From an uncultured Chloroflexota bacterium (GTDB taxonomy: Bacteria; Chloroflexota; UBA11872), in assembly GCA_958296175.1 (NCBI GenBank), contig OY282448.1, forward strand, positions 2,150,612 to 2,214,611: 64,000 bases of DNA, given 5' to 3'. The notes under the pieces were generated by a model that was not told the DNA's origin, did no database searches, and saw nothing but the letters and a program-made list of their open reading frames with translations. Made by a program: the position numbers and the translations under genes. Positions 1 through 8,218 of the stretch are shown here, in pieces (the stretch's first letter is position 1; each line of letters opens with the position of its first letter).

Positions 1-1651
1 CGCGCACCCGCCCGACCCGCCCGACCCGCCCGACCCGGCGGCGCGCCGCTCGCTGCTGGCCTCGCTGGGCCACGCCGCGCCGGGCGTCGTGGTGCTGCAG
101 GGTGACGAGCACCACCGCTGGGCCTTGTACGCCGCGGCCATCCAGGCCGCCGCCGCCGCGGGTCGGCAGGCGCTGGTGGTGGCGCCGGACGACGCCACGG
201 CTTCGGACTGCGCCGCCAGCCTGGCCGTGCGCACCGGCGCGGCCGTGGCCGACGCCGCGCGCGCCTCGACCGACGCCCAGCGCGTGGCCTTGTGGCGCTC
301 GCTGCGCGCGGGCGACATCGACGTGCTGGTCGGGCCGCGCGCCGCCGTCTTCGCCCCGCTCACGCGCCTGGGGGTCGTGATCGTGGACCGCGAGGAAGAC
401 CAGGGGCACAAGAACCGCGCCGGGCCGCCGTTTCTTCCGTACCACGCGCCCGCCGTCGCGGCCCAACTGGCGCGCCTGCACGGCTGCGCGCTGATCCTGG
501 GCGCCGAAACGCCCCGCGTCTCCACGTTCCACGCGGTGGAAACCGAACATTCCCACCTGGTCGTGGCGCAGTCGGCGGAACTGCTGCGGCAGACCTGGCG
601 GCGCGTCGGGCGCGGCTGGGGCATGCAGCGGCCGGCCGGGTACGTAGACATCGTGGACGCGCGCTCCGCCGCCACCGCCGGCCGCCGCGGCGTGATTTCC
701 CGCGCGCTCTACACGGCGCTGCGCAAAACGCTGGAGGCCCGCGGGCGGGCCGTGCTGTACGTCAACCGCCGCGGCGTGGCGGCGCTCACCGTCTGCCGCG
801 ACTGCGGCCACGTGTTCGAGTGTCCCAATTGCAGCACCGGCATGGTGCTGCACGGCCGCGGCGCGCCCATGATGGTCTGCCACATCTGCAACTGGCACGA
901 CCCCGCGCCGTCGCGCTGCCCGGCCTGCGCGGGCGACCGCCTGCGGCTGTGGGGCTATGGCAGCGAAACCGTGGCCGACGCCGTCAGCCATCTGCTGCCG
1001 CGGGCGCGCGTGGCGCGGATCGACAGCGACCGGCCGGCCGCGGACATGGACGCCGACGCGGCGGCATTCACCCGCGGCGCCGTGCAGGTGCTGGTCGGCA
1101 CCCAGCGCCTGCTCGGCTACCGGCATGCACTCGGGGCCGACCTGTTGGGCGTGGTGCAGGCGGACGTCGGCCTGCGCTTCCCCGACTTTCTGGCGCCCGA
1201 GCGCGTGTTCGTCACCCTCATGCGCCTGCGCCGCCTGGTGACGGGCGGCAATCCCGACGCCTGCACGATCGTGCAAACCGTCATGCCCCGGCACCGCGCC
1301 TTGACGGCCTTGCAGACTGGCAGCTACTTGCAGTTCTTCCGCGCCGAGATGGAACAGCGGCGCGCGGAAGGTCTGCCGCCGCTGCGCCCCTTGATCAAGG
1401 CGGCCATTGGTGACGAAGACGATCAGCGCGCGCTCGGCGAGGCCATGCGCGCCCGCAAGGAGCTCGAGACCGTGCGCAGCGCCGGCGCGGACCTCGACCT
1501 GGAAGTTCTGGGCCCGGCGCCCGCCCCAACGCCCCGCCAGCGCGGGCGCTACGTCTGGCAGCTTCTGTTGTTGGGCGAGGATGCGCATCAGACGCTGCCC
1601 CTGTTTCACGGCGGCTGGCACATCGACGCCGACCCGATTGACTTGACATAA
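1..1651 (+). CDS. priA: Primosomal protein N' (PriA), C-terminal ~550 aa; N-terminus lies upstream of the window
   Basis: Helicase C-terminal region followed by the PriA Cys-rich zinc region (CRDCGHVFECPNCS...CHICNW...CPACAG) and C-terminal domain. The frame is open back to nt 2, so the ORF-track start at 89 is not the true start. Confidence 0.85.
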   Translation, partial: AHPPDPPDPPDPAARRSLLASLGHAAPGVVVLQGDEHHRWALYAAAIQAAAAAGRQALVVAPDDATASDCAASLAVRTGAAVADAARASTDAQRVALWRSLRAGDIDVLVGPRAAVFAPLTRLGVVIVDREEDQGHKNRAGPPFLPYHAPAVAAQLARLHGCALILGAETPRVSTFHAVETEHSHLVVAQSAELLRQTWRRVGRGWGMQRPAGYVDIVDARSAATAGRRGVISRALYTALRKTLEARGRAVLYVNRRGVAALTVCRDCGHVFECPNCSTGMVLHGRGAPMMVCHICNWHDPAPSRCPACAGDRLRLWGYGSETVADAVSHLLPRARVARIDSDRPAADMDADAAAFTRGAVQVLVGTQRLLGYRHALGADLLGVVQADVGLRFPDFLAPERVFVTLMRLRRLVTGGNPDACTIVQTVMPRHRALTALQTGSYLQFFRAEMEQRRAEGLPPLRPLIKAAIGDEDDQRALGEAMRARKELETVRSAGADLDLEVLGPAPAPTPRQRGRYVWQLLLLGEDAHQTLPLFHGGWHIDADPIDLT

Positions 1652-1656
1652 CATCT

Positions 1657-2157
1657 ATGGCCGTACTGACCGTCCATCCAGTCGACCACCCCATGCTGCG
1701 CCGCAAGGCCAGCCGCGTCTCCCGCGTCTCGGCAGGCCTGCGCACGTTCGTGGATGACCTGTTCGACACCATGGACGCGAACCGCGGCGCGGGTCTGGCC
1801 GCCACGCAGGTGGGGCGGCCCTGGCGCGTGATCGTGGCGAGCGTAGGCGATGAACGCCTGGCGCTCGTCAACCCCGAAATCGTGCGCGCCAGCGGCGCCG
1901 AAGTGGCCGACGAGGGCTGCCTGAGCCTGCCCAACTGGTTCGGCCCCGTTGAACGGGCAACCGAGGTCACCGTCAAGGGCCGCAGCGTGGACGGCGCGTC
2001 GGTGCGCCGCCGCTTGCGCGGCCTGCTGGCGCGCGTGGTGCAGCACGAGATCGACCACCTGGACGGCATCGTCTTCACCGACCGGCTGGTCGACTCCCAG
2101 CGACTGCGCTTCGTCGATCCGCGCTCGCCCGAAGCCAGCCGCCTGCGCGCGTCCTGA
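1657..2157 (+). CDS. def: Peptide deformylase
   Basis: Motifs GCLSLP and HEIDHLDG; lies immediately downstream of priA and upstream of fmt (canonical def-fmt pair). Confidence 0.9.
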   Translation: MAVLTVHPVDHPMLRRKASRVSRVSAGLRTFVDDLFDTMDANRGAGLAATQVGRPWRVIVASVGDERLALVNPEIVRASGAEVADEGCLSLPNWFGPVERATEVTVKGRSVDGASVRRRLRGLLARVVQHEIDHLDGIVFTDRLVDSQRLRFVDPRSPEASRLRAS

Positions 2158-2163
2158 CGCCCC

Positions 2164-3174
2164 GTGCGCGTCGTCTTCTTCGGCACGCCGGCGTTCGCGG
2201 TTCCGTCCCTGCAGCGGCTGGCGCGCGACTTTCAGGTGGTCTTGGTCGTCAGCCGTCCGGACCGTCCGGTCGGCCGCGCGCGGCGGCTCACCGCGCCGCC
2301 CGCGGCGGCGGCGGCGCGCGCGCTCGACCTGGATCTGTTCCAGCCCCCAAACCCCAACCGCGCGGCAGCCGTCGAGGCCATCGCGTCGTACGAACCTGAC
2401 GCCGTCGTCGTGGCGGCCTACGGCCGTCTGATCCGCGCGCCGCTGCGGCGTCTGGCGCCGCGCGGGGTCGTCAACGCGCACCCCTCGCTGCTGCCCGCCT
2501 ATCGCGGCGCGTCGCCCATCCAGGCGGCCATCGCCGCGGGCGAGACCGCGGCGGGCGTCACGCTTATCCGGCTGGACGACGACCTCGACGCCGGCCCGAT
2601 CGTGGCGGCGCGGCGGCTCGCCATCGGCCCGACCGAACGCGCGCCCTCGCTGCACGACCGCCTGGCCGCCGCGTCGGCCGACCTGCTGGCGGACGTGCTG
2701 CCGCGCTGGGCCGCCGGCGAGGCGGCGGAACGTCCGCAGCGCGCGGACCGCGCCACCCTCACGCGCCCGCTGGAACGCGCCGACGCCGAACTCGATCTGC
2801 GGCGGCCGGCGCGGGAATTGTTCGACCGCTGGCGGGCCTTTCAGCCCTGGCCCGGCGCCTTCGTGCGCGTTGGCGAAACGACCTGCACGCTGGTGGAACT
2901 CGCCGCGCTCCCCGACCCGTCCAGCAGCGGCGCCGTTTGCCCGCCGGACGACGCGCCGCTGCCGGGCTGTGGCGAGGTGCACGTGCGGGACCGCGCCCTG
3001 CTGCTGGGCTGCGGCGCAGGCGCGCTGCGCGTCGAGCGCCTGCAGCCCGCCGGCCGGCGGGCCATGACCGCGCAAGACTTCGAACGCGGCTACCAACGCC
3101 TGCTCGCCATACCCTGGGGCGTCCCCCACCCCGAACCCCGCCCACCGCTCGCCCGCCCGCTGCCCCGCCCGTGA
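2164..3174 (+). CDS. fmt: Methionyl-tRNA formyltransferase
   Basis: N-terminus MRVVFFGTPAFAVPSL and formyl-transferase core HPSLLPAYRGASPIQ; follows def. Confidence 0.9.
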   Translation: MRVVFFGTPAFAVPSLQRLARDFQVVLVVSRPDRPVGRARRLTAPPAAAAARALDLDLFQPPNPNRAAAVEAIASYEPDAVVVAAYGRLIRAPLRRLAPRGVVNAHPSLLPAYRGASPIQAAIAAGETAAGVTLIRLDDDLDAGPIVAARRLAIGPTERAPSLHDRLAAASADLLADVLPRWAAGEAAERPQRADRATLTRPLERADAELDLRRPARELFDRWRAFQPWPGAFVRVGETTCTLVELAALPDPSSSGAVCPPDDAPLPGCGEVHVRDRALLLGCGAGALRVERLQPAGRRAMTAQDFERGYQRLLAIPWGVPHPEPRPPLARPLPRP

Positions 3175-3433
3175 ACGCACCGCCGTATACCCATACCAGC
3201 CCGCCTCCGTCCCGGCGGCAGCCGCCATTTTCCCCATCCCTGTCTCCCTCCTCGCATACCAGCCCGCCCTCGTCCCGACGGCCGCAGCCCCTGCCCGAAC
3301 GTCCACCGCGCCGCGGAGCGTCTCGCCCCCTCCCCCGCCCCGCGAACCGCGCAATTTCTTACGGTTGCAAAACGCATGGGTGCTAGGCTGAAAACGCCGA
3401 AGCTCGACGCCGCCCCACCAAGAAGCGCACGCC

Positions 3434-4159
3434 GTGTTTTTCCCATTCATTGACCCGAAGTACTTGTTGATGATTGCGCCCGCCTTCATCCTGGCGATGT
3501 GGGCCCAGAGCCGCGTCAAGGGCGCCTACAACCGCTATTCGCAGGTGATGGCCAGCTCCGGCATCCCCGGCTACGTAGCCGCGCGCCGGCTGCTGGACGC
3601 CGTGGGGCTCTACGAGGTGGACGTCAAGCGCGTCCCCGGTGAGCTGTCCGACCACTACGACCCCAGCAAGAAGGTGCTGCGGCTCTCCGACGGCGTGTAC
3701 GACAGCTCGTCGTTGGCCGCGGTGGCAATCGCGGCGCACGAGGCCGGCCACGCCATGCAGGACCGCACGCGCTACCCGTTTCTGGTGCTGCGCACCGCCA
3801 TGGTGCCCATCACCACCTTCGGGTCGCGGTTCGGTTACTTCATGCTCTTTGGCGGCCTGATTCTGGCCATGTTCACCAATGTCAGCGCGATCAGCCTGGC
3901 GGTGGCCTGGGTCGGGCTGATCCTCTTCAGCACCGCGTTCGTCTTCTCGCTCGTCACGCTGCCGGTCGAGTTCGACGCCAGCCGCCGCGCGCTCGTCATG
4001 ATGGAGCGCGTGGCCGTGGTCAGCAGCGCCGAGCGCGTGCACGCCAAGAAGGTGCTGGACGCGGCGGCGCTGACCTACGTGGCCGCCATGTTCGTGGCGC
4101 TGATGCAGGTGCTCTACTTCGCCATGCGCCTGCTGGCCCTGACCTCCAGCCGCGACTAG
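3434..4159 (+). CDS. Putative neutral zinc metallopeptidase, YugP/PF04298-like membrane protein
   Basis: ~240 aa with hydrophobic N- and C-terminal segments and an HEAGHA (HExxH) zinc motif. Confidence 0.7.
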   Translation: MFFPFIDPKYLLMIAPAFILAMWAQSRVKGAYNRYSQVMASSGIPGYVAARRLLDAVGLYEVDVKRVPGELSDHYDPSKKVLRLSDGVYDSSSLAAVAIAAHEAGHAMQDRTRYPFLVLRTAMVPITTFGSRFGYFMLFGGLILAMFTNVSAISLAVAWVGLILFSTAFVFSLVTLPVEFDASRRALVMMERVAVVSSAERVHAKKVLDAAALTYVAAMFVALMQVLYFAMRLLALTSSRD

Positions 4160-4185
4160 CCGCGGCGCCCTGCCGCACCGCCGCC

Positions 4186-5307
4186 ATGCGCGGGCAGCCC
4201 GACCGACCGCCGATCAGCGAAGCCTCGCCCGACCGTCTGTGCGCGGCCCTGGACGGCCAGCCGACTTACCGCGCCGACCAGCTACGCCAGGCGCTGTTCC
4301 GCACCTCGGCCACGGGCTTCGACCAGATGCTGACGCTGCCCGCCGAGACCCGCGCGGCGCTGGACCAGCAGTTTCGGTTCGAGTCGCTGCGCTTGCTGCG
4401 CGCGCAGCGCTCCACCGACGGCACGCGCAAGGCCTTGTTCCACACCTGGGACGGCGCGGCCGTGGAGACCGTGCGCATGCCCACCGAGCGCCCCGGCGCG
4501 GCCACCGTCTGCCTGAGTTCGCAGGCAGGCTGCGGCATGGGCTGCACGTTCTGCGCCACCGGCGCGCTAGGGCTGACGCGCAACCTGACGGCGGCGGAAA
4601 TCCTGGACCAGTTTCTCTACGTCCGCCGCCGCGCCAGCCGGCCGGCCGCGGTCGACCGCGCCGTGTTCATGGGCATGGGCGAACCGCTGGCCAACCTGCC
4701 GGCGCTGGAAACGGCCGCCGCGCGGCTGGCGGGCGCGGCGTACGTGGGCTTGAGCGCGCGCCGCGTCACCGTGTCGACCGTGGGGCTGCCGGCCGGCATC
4801 GACGCCATGGCGAGCTGGGGGCTGCCGCTGGGCCTGGCCGTCTCGCTGCACGCGCCGGACGACGGCCTGCGCGCGACGCTGGCGCCAATCGCGCGCCGCT
4901 TTCCGCTGCCCGCGCTCATGGAGGCCAGCCGGCGCTACCAACAGGCCGTGCGCCGCCGCGTGACTTACGAGTACACCATGCTGGCGGGCGTGAACGACGC
5001 GCGCGCGCAGGCCGTGGACCTGGCGCGGCTGCTGCGCGGGCAGCGCTGCCACGTCAACCTGATTCCATTCAACACCTATCCCGGCGCAATCTTTCGCGCC
5101 AGCGCCCGCCCGCGCATCCGCGCGTTCCGCGACGAACTGCGGCAGCGCGGCGTGCCGGTCACCATTCGCCGCACCCGCGGGCGTGATATTTCCGGCGCCT
5201 GCGGCCAGCTGCACGCGGGCATGCTGGCCGCAGGCGCTGGAACGCGGCGCTCGAACGGCGCTGCCGGCGGGCGCGCGGCCCGACCCGCGGCGGGTGCGCG
5301 TCCATGA
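4186..5307 (+). CDS. rlmN: 23S rRNA (adenine2503-C2)-methyltransferase RlmN (radical SAM)
   Basis: Radical-SAM CxxxCxxC motif (CGMGCTFCATG) in RlmN/Cfr family context; stop overlaps the rpe start (ATGA). Confidence 0.85.
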   Translation: MRGQPDRPPISEASPDRLCAALDGQPTYRADQLRQALFRTSATGFDQMLTLPAETRAALDQQFRFESLRLLRAQRSTDGTRKALFHTWDGAAVETVRMPTERPGAATVCLSSQAGCGMGCTFCATGALGLTRNLTAAEILDQFLYVRRRASRPAAVDRAVFMGMGEPLANLPALETAAARLAGAAYVGLSARRVTVSTVGLPAGIDAMASWGLPLGLAVSLHAPDDGLRATLAPIARRFPLPALMEASRRYQQAVRRRVTYEYTMLAGVNDARAQAVDLARLLRGQRCHVNLIPFNTYPGAIFRASARPRIRAFRDELRQRGVPVTIRRTRGRDISGACGQLHAGMLAAGAGTRRSNGAAGGRAARPAAGARP

Positions 5308-5969
5308 ATCGCGTGCTCATCGCCCCCTCCATCCTGGCCGCGAACTTCGCGTTCTTGGGCGCGCAGGTGCGCGAGGCGCAGGCCGCGGGCGCGGACTGGA
5401 TTCACGTGGACGTGATGGACGGCCACTTCGTCCCCGCCATCACCATCGGCGCGCCGGTCGTGCGCGACCTGCGCGCGGTGACGGACCTGCCGCTGGACGT
5501 GCATCTGATGATCGAACCCGTCGATCCGCACCTGGAGGCCTTCGCCGCCGCCGGCGCCGACTCGATCACCGTGCAGGTCGAGGCCGCGCCAGACCCGGCG
5601 CGCACGCTGCGGACGATTCGCCGCCTGGGGGTCCGTCCCGGCCTGACGCTGCGCCCGGGCACCCCCGAGGCCGCGGTGCGGCCTTATCTGGAGCTGGCCG
5701 ACGTCGTGCTGGTGATGACCGTCGAGCCCGGCCGCGGCGGGCAGCCCTTCATGGCCGAGATGCTGCCGCGCGTTGCCTCGCTCGCCCGCAGGCTGGAGGC
5801 GCTGGGCGGCGGGCGCGTGCTGCAAGTGGACGGCGGGATCGACGCAGCGACCATCGGCCCGGCCGTGGCCGCCGGTGCAACGTCGGTCGTGGCCGGTTCC
5901 GCCGTCTTCGGCGCCAGCGACGGCGTGGCCGCTGCTATCGCCCGCCTGCGCGCCGCCGCCGGCACCTAG
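5304..5969 (+). CDS. rpe: Ribulose-phosphate 3-epimerase
   Basis: N-terminus IAPSILAANFAFLGAQV...HVDVMDGHFVP is typical of Rpe. Confidence 0.9.
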   Translation: MNRVLIAPSILAANFAFLGAQVREAQAAGADWIHVDVMDGHFVPAITIGAPVVRDLRAVTDLPLDVHLMIEPVDPHLEAFAAAGADSITVQVEAAPDPARTLRTIRRLGVRPGLTLRPGTPEAAVRPYLELADVVLVMTVEPGRGGQPFMAEMLPRVASLARRLEALGGGRVLQVDGGIDAATIGPAVAAGATSVVAGSAVFGASDGVAAAIARLRAAAGT

Positions 5970-5988
5970 GTGCGCGCCCGCGCGGCGC

Positions 5989-6195
5989 TCAGCCGCTGCG
6001 GTCGAGCGTGCGGATGCAGCGCGTGCAAATGTTCAGCCGCCGATAGCGGCCGTCGATCATCAGCCGCTTGCGCTGCACGTTCACCGACCACCGCTTCGGT
6101 TTGCGCGGCGCTTTGCGCTCCCAGCGCCCCGACGCCGAGTGCCGGATATGGCGGCCCATCTGCGGGCCCGCGTCGCAGACTTCACAGCGTGCCAC
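5989..6195 (-). CDS. rpmB: 50S ribosomal protein L28
   Basis: Reverse-strand translation VARCEVCDAGPQMGRHIRHSASGRWERKAPRKPKRW... (68 aa, GTG start); it is the C-terminal part of the 5989..6579 ORF. Confidence 0.8.
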   Translation of the reverse strand: MARCEVCDAGPQMGRHIRHSASGRWERKAPRKPKRWSVNVQRKRLMIDGRYRRLNICTRCIRTLDRSG

Positions 6196-6212
6196 GAGGA
6201 TTCCTGCCAGCG

Positions 6213-6242
6213 TTGACGCAGTTCTGACTGCGCCCCTAAGAT
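6213..6242 (+). promoter_or_regulatory. Putative sigma-70-like promoter for yloV-recG (TTGACG, 18 nt spacer, TAAGAT)
   Basis: Seen directly in the rpmB/yloV divergent intergenic region. Confidence 0.35.
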
Positions 6243-6280
6243 TTACCGTGAATCCTAGCACCGAAGACGGGCGAGGCGGC

Positions 6281-7936
6281 GTGAACACCGCACCCATCGA
6301 CGTGGAAAGCCCCGACATTCGCAGCGGCCGCGGCTTCCTGCGCGCGTTCGAATACAGCTTGCGCTGGCTAGAAGTCAACGCGCGCGCGATCGACCGGCTC
6401 AACGTCTTTCCTGTGCCCGACGGCGACACCGGCGCGAACATGGTGCTCACGTTGCGCGCGGCGCTGAAGGAAGCCTCCGACGCGGAGGCGTTGGACGGCG
6501 CCGCGGCCGGCGCCGGCGCCGTGTCCGCGCGTCTGGCGCGCGGCGCGCTGCTGGGCGCGCGCGGCAACTCGGGCGTCATTTTGTCCCAGATCGTCCGCGG
6601 CCTGGCCGAAGGCCTGGAAGGCCGGCGCGAGTTCGACGCGGCCGACTTCGCCGCCGCGCTCGACCGCGCCGCCCAGGTCGCCTACGCGTCCGTGACCGAG
6701 CCGGTGGAGGGCACCATCCTCACGGTCGCGCGCGACGCCGGGGCGGCGGCGCAGGCTGCGCGCGGCGGGTCGCTGGACGACCTGCTGACGGCGGTCGTGG
6801 ACGCCGCGCGCGCGTCCGTTGCCAATACGCCCAACCTGCTGGCGGTGCTGGCCGAGGCGGGCGTGGTGGACGCCGGCGGCCAGGGCTTGCTCGTCATCTA
6901 CGAGGGCCTGCGGCGCTACGTGCACGGCGAGCCGCTGCCCGACACGTCCGACACCGACCGCGCCGCCGACGCCTTCGCGGCCTTCGCCGAGGCGCACCAG
7001 ACGGACGAGCACGGCTTTTGCACCGAGTTCGTCATCCACGGCGCGGGTCTCGACGCGGCGGCCATGCGCGAGGACTTCGGCAGCCTGGGCGGGTCCCTCC
7101 TGGTCGTCGGCGACGACACGCTCGTGCGCGTGCACATCCACACCGAACGCCCGGGCGACACGCTCAACGCGGCCATGGCCTACGGCCAGCTCGATCGACT
7201 CAAGGCCGACAACATGGACGTGCAGCAGGCGCGCAACTTCGACCAGGCGCTGGCCGAAGGCGCGGCCGCCGCCGAGGCGCTGCCTGCCAACGGCATCGTG
7301 GCCGTGGCCAGCGGCGAGGGGTTCGAAGACGTCTTCCGCAGCCTGGGCGCCGACGTCGTACGCGGCGGCCAGACCATGAATCCCAGCGCCGGCGAACTGC
7401 TGGAAGCAATCGAGCGCACGCCGGACGACTGGGCCCTGGTGCTGCCCAACAACGCCAACATTCACCTGGCGGCGCGGCAGGCGGCCGAGCAGGCCGACAA
7501 GCGCGTCGTCGTCGTTCCCACGCGCACGATGCCGCAGGGCGTGGCGGCGGCGCTGGCCTTCAATCCCGCCGGCCAGCCGTCCGACAACGCCCAGGCCATG
7601 GGCCGCGCGCTTGCCGAGGTGACGACCCTGGAAGTCACGCAGGCGGTGCGCGACGCCACCGTCGACGGTCAGACCGTCGCGCGCGGCCAGACCATGGGCC
7701 TGCTGGACGGCGAGCTGGCGGCGCTCGACGATGAGGCCAACGCCGTCGTGCTGCGCGTCCTGGCGCAGCTGCGCCAGGACGACCCGGAGATCGTGACCAT
7801 CTATCACGGGAACAGCGCCCCGCGCGCGCAGGTTGCCGCGCTGGTGGCAGCGATCGAGGCGCAGCACGCCGACCTCGAAGTCGAGGCCGTCGACGGCGGC
7901 CAGGATCACTACGACTACATCGTCTCGATCGAATAG
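6281..7936 (+). CDS. yloV: DAK2 domain fusion protein YloV (dihydroxyacetone kinase-like)
   Basis: Signature LNVFPVPDGDTGANM. The ORF track starts at 6068, overlapping rpmB; in-frame GTG at 6281 (or 6248) is the more plausible start. Located upstream of recG as in the conserved rpmB/yloV/recG neighbourhood. Confidence 0.8.
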   Translation: MNTAPIDVESPDIRSGRGFLRAFEYSLRWLEVNARAIDRLNVFPVPDGDTGANMVLTLRAALKEASDAEALDGAAAGAGAVSARLARGALLGARGNSGVILSQIVRGLAEGLEGRREFDAADFAAALDRAAQVAYASVTEPVEGTILTVARDAGAAAQAARGGSLDDLLTAVVDAARASVANTPNLLAVLAEAGVVDAGGQGLLVIYEGLRRYVHGEPLPDTSDTDRAADAFAAFAEAHQTDEHGFCTEFVIHGAGLDAAAMREDFGSLGGSLLVVGDDTLVRVHIHTERPGDTLNAAMAYGQLDRLKADNMDVQQARNFDQALAEGAAAAEALPANGIVAVASGEGFEDVFRSLGADVVRGGQTMNPSAGELLEAIERTPDDWALVLPNNANIHLAARQAAEQADKRVVVVPTRTMPQGVAAALAFNPAGQPSDNAQAMGRALAEVTTLEVTQAVRDATVDGQTVARGQTMGLLDGELAALDDEANAVVLRVLAQLRQDDPEIVTIYHGNSAPRAQVAALVAAIEAQHADLEVEAVDGGQDHYDYIVSIE

Positions 7937-8218
7937 GCGTCGGTCGTCCTGATGCCGGCCGGCCGCGCCAGCGCGCCCGCGCGCGAGGGTCCCCAAGCGC
8001 AGCCGACGGGTGGTGATCCGGGCCGCGCCCGCGCGCCCGCGCGCGAGGTGCTGCTCGTCTTGCGCGCGGAAGCCGCAGCCGGATACGACGACTCCGCGGC
8101 GCCCGGCGGCCTCTCGCACTGGATTGCCGCGCATGACCGCGGCGCCGGCGAATTCGGGCAGCTCGCGCAGTACTCGCGGCTGCGTCCGCGCACGCGCGAA
8201 CAGTTGGCGCGCGGCGTG

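Noticed and set aside
3175-3433. Possible ncRNA or tRNA in the fmt/peptidase spacer
   Set aside because: Contains an imperfect ~25-bp direct repeat (TACCAGCCCGCC.CGTCCCG) and a promoter-like TTGCAA...TAGGCT, but no tRNA-like cloverleaf signatures; treated as promoter/UTR.
7952-8218. Separate small gene between yloV and recG
   Set aside because: Same frame as recG with no intervening stop and no independent homology signal; more parsimonious as either recG N-terminal extension or untranslated leader.
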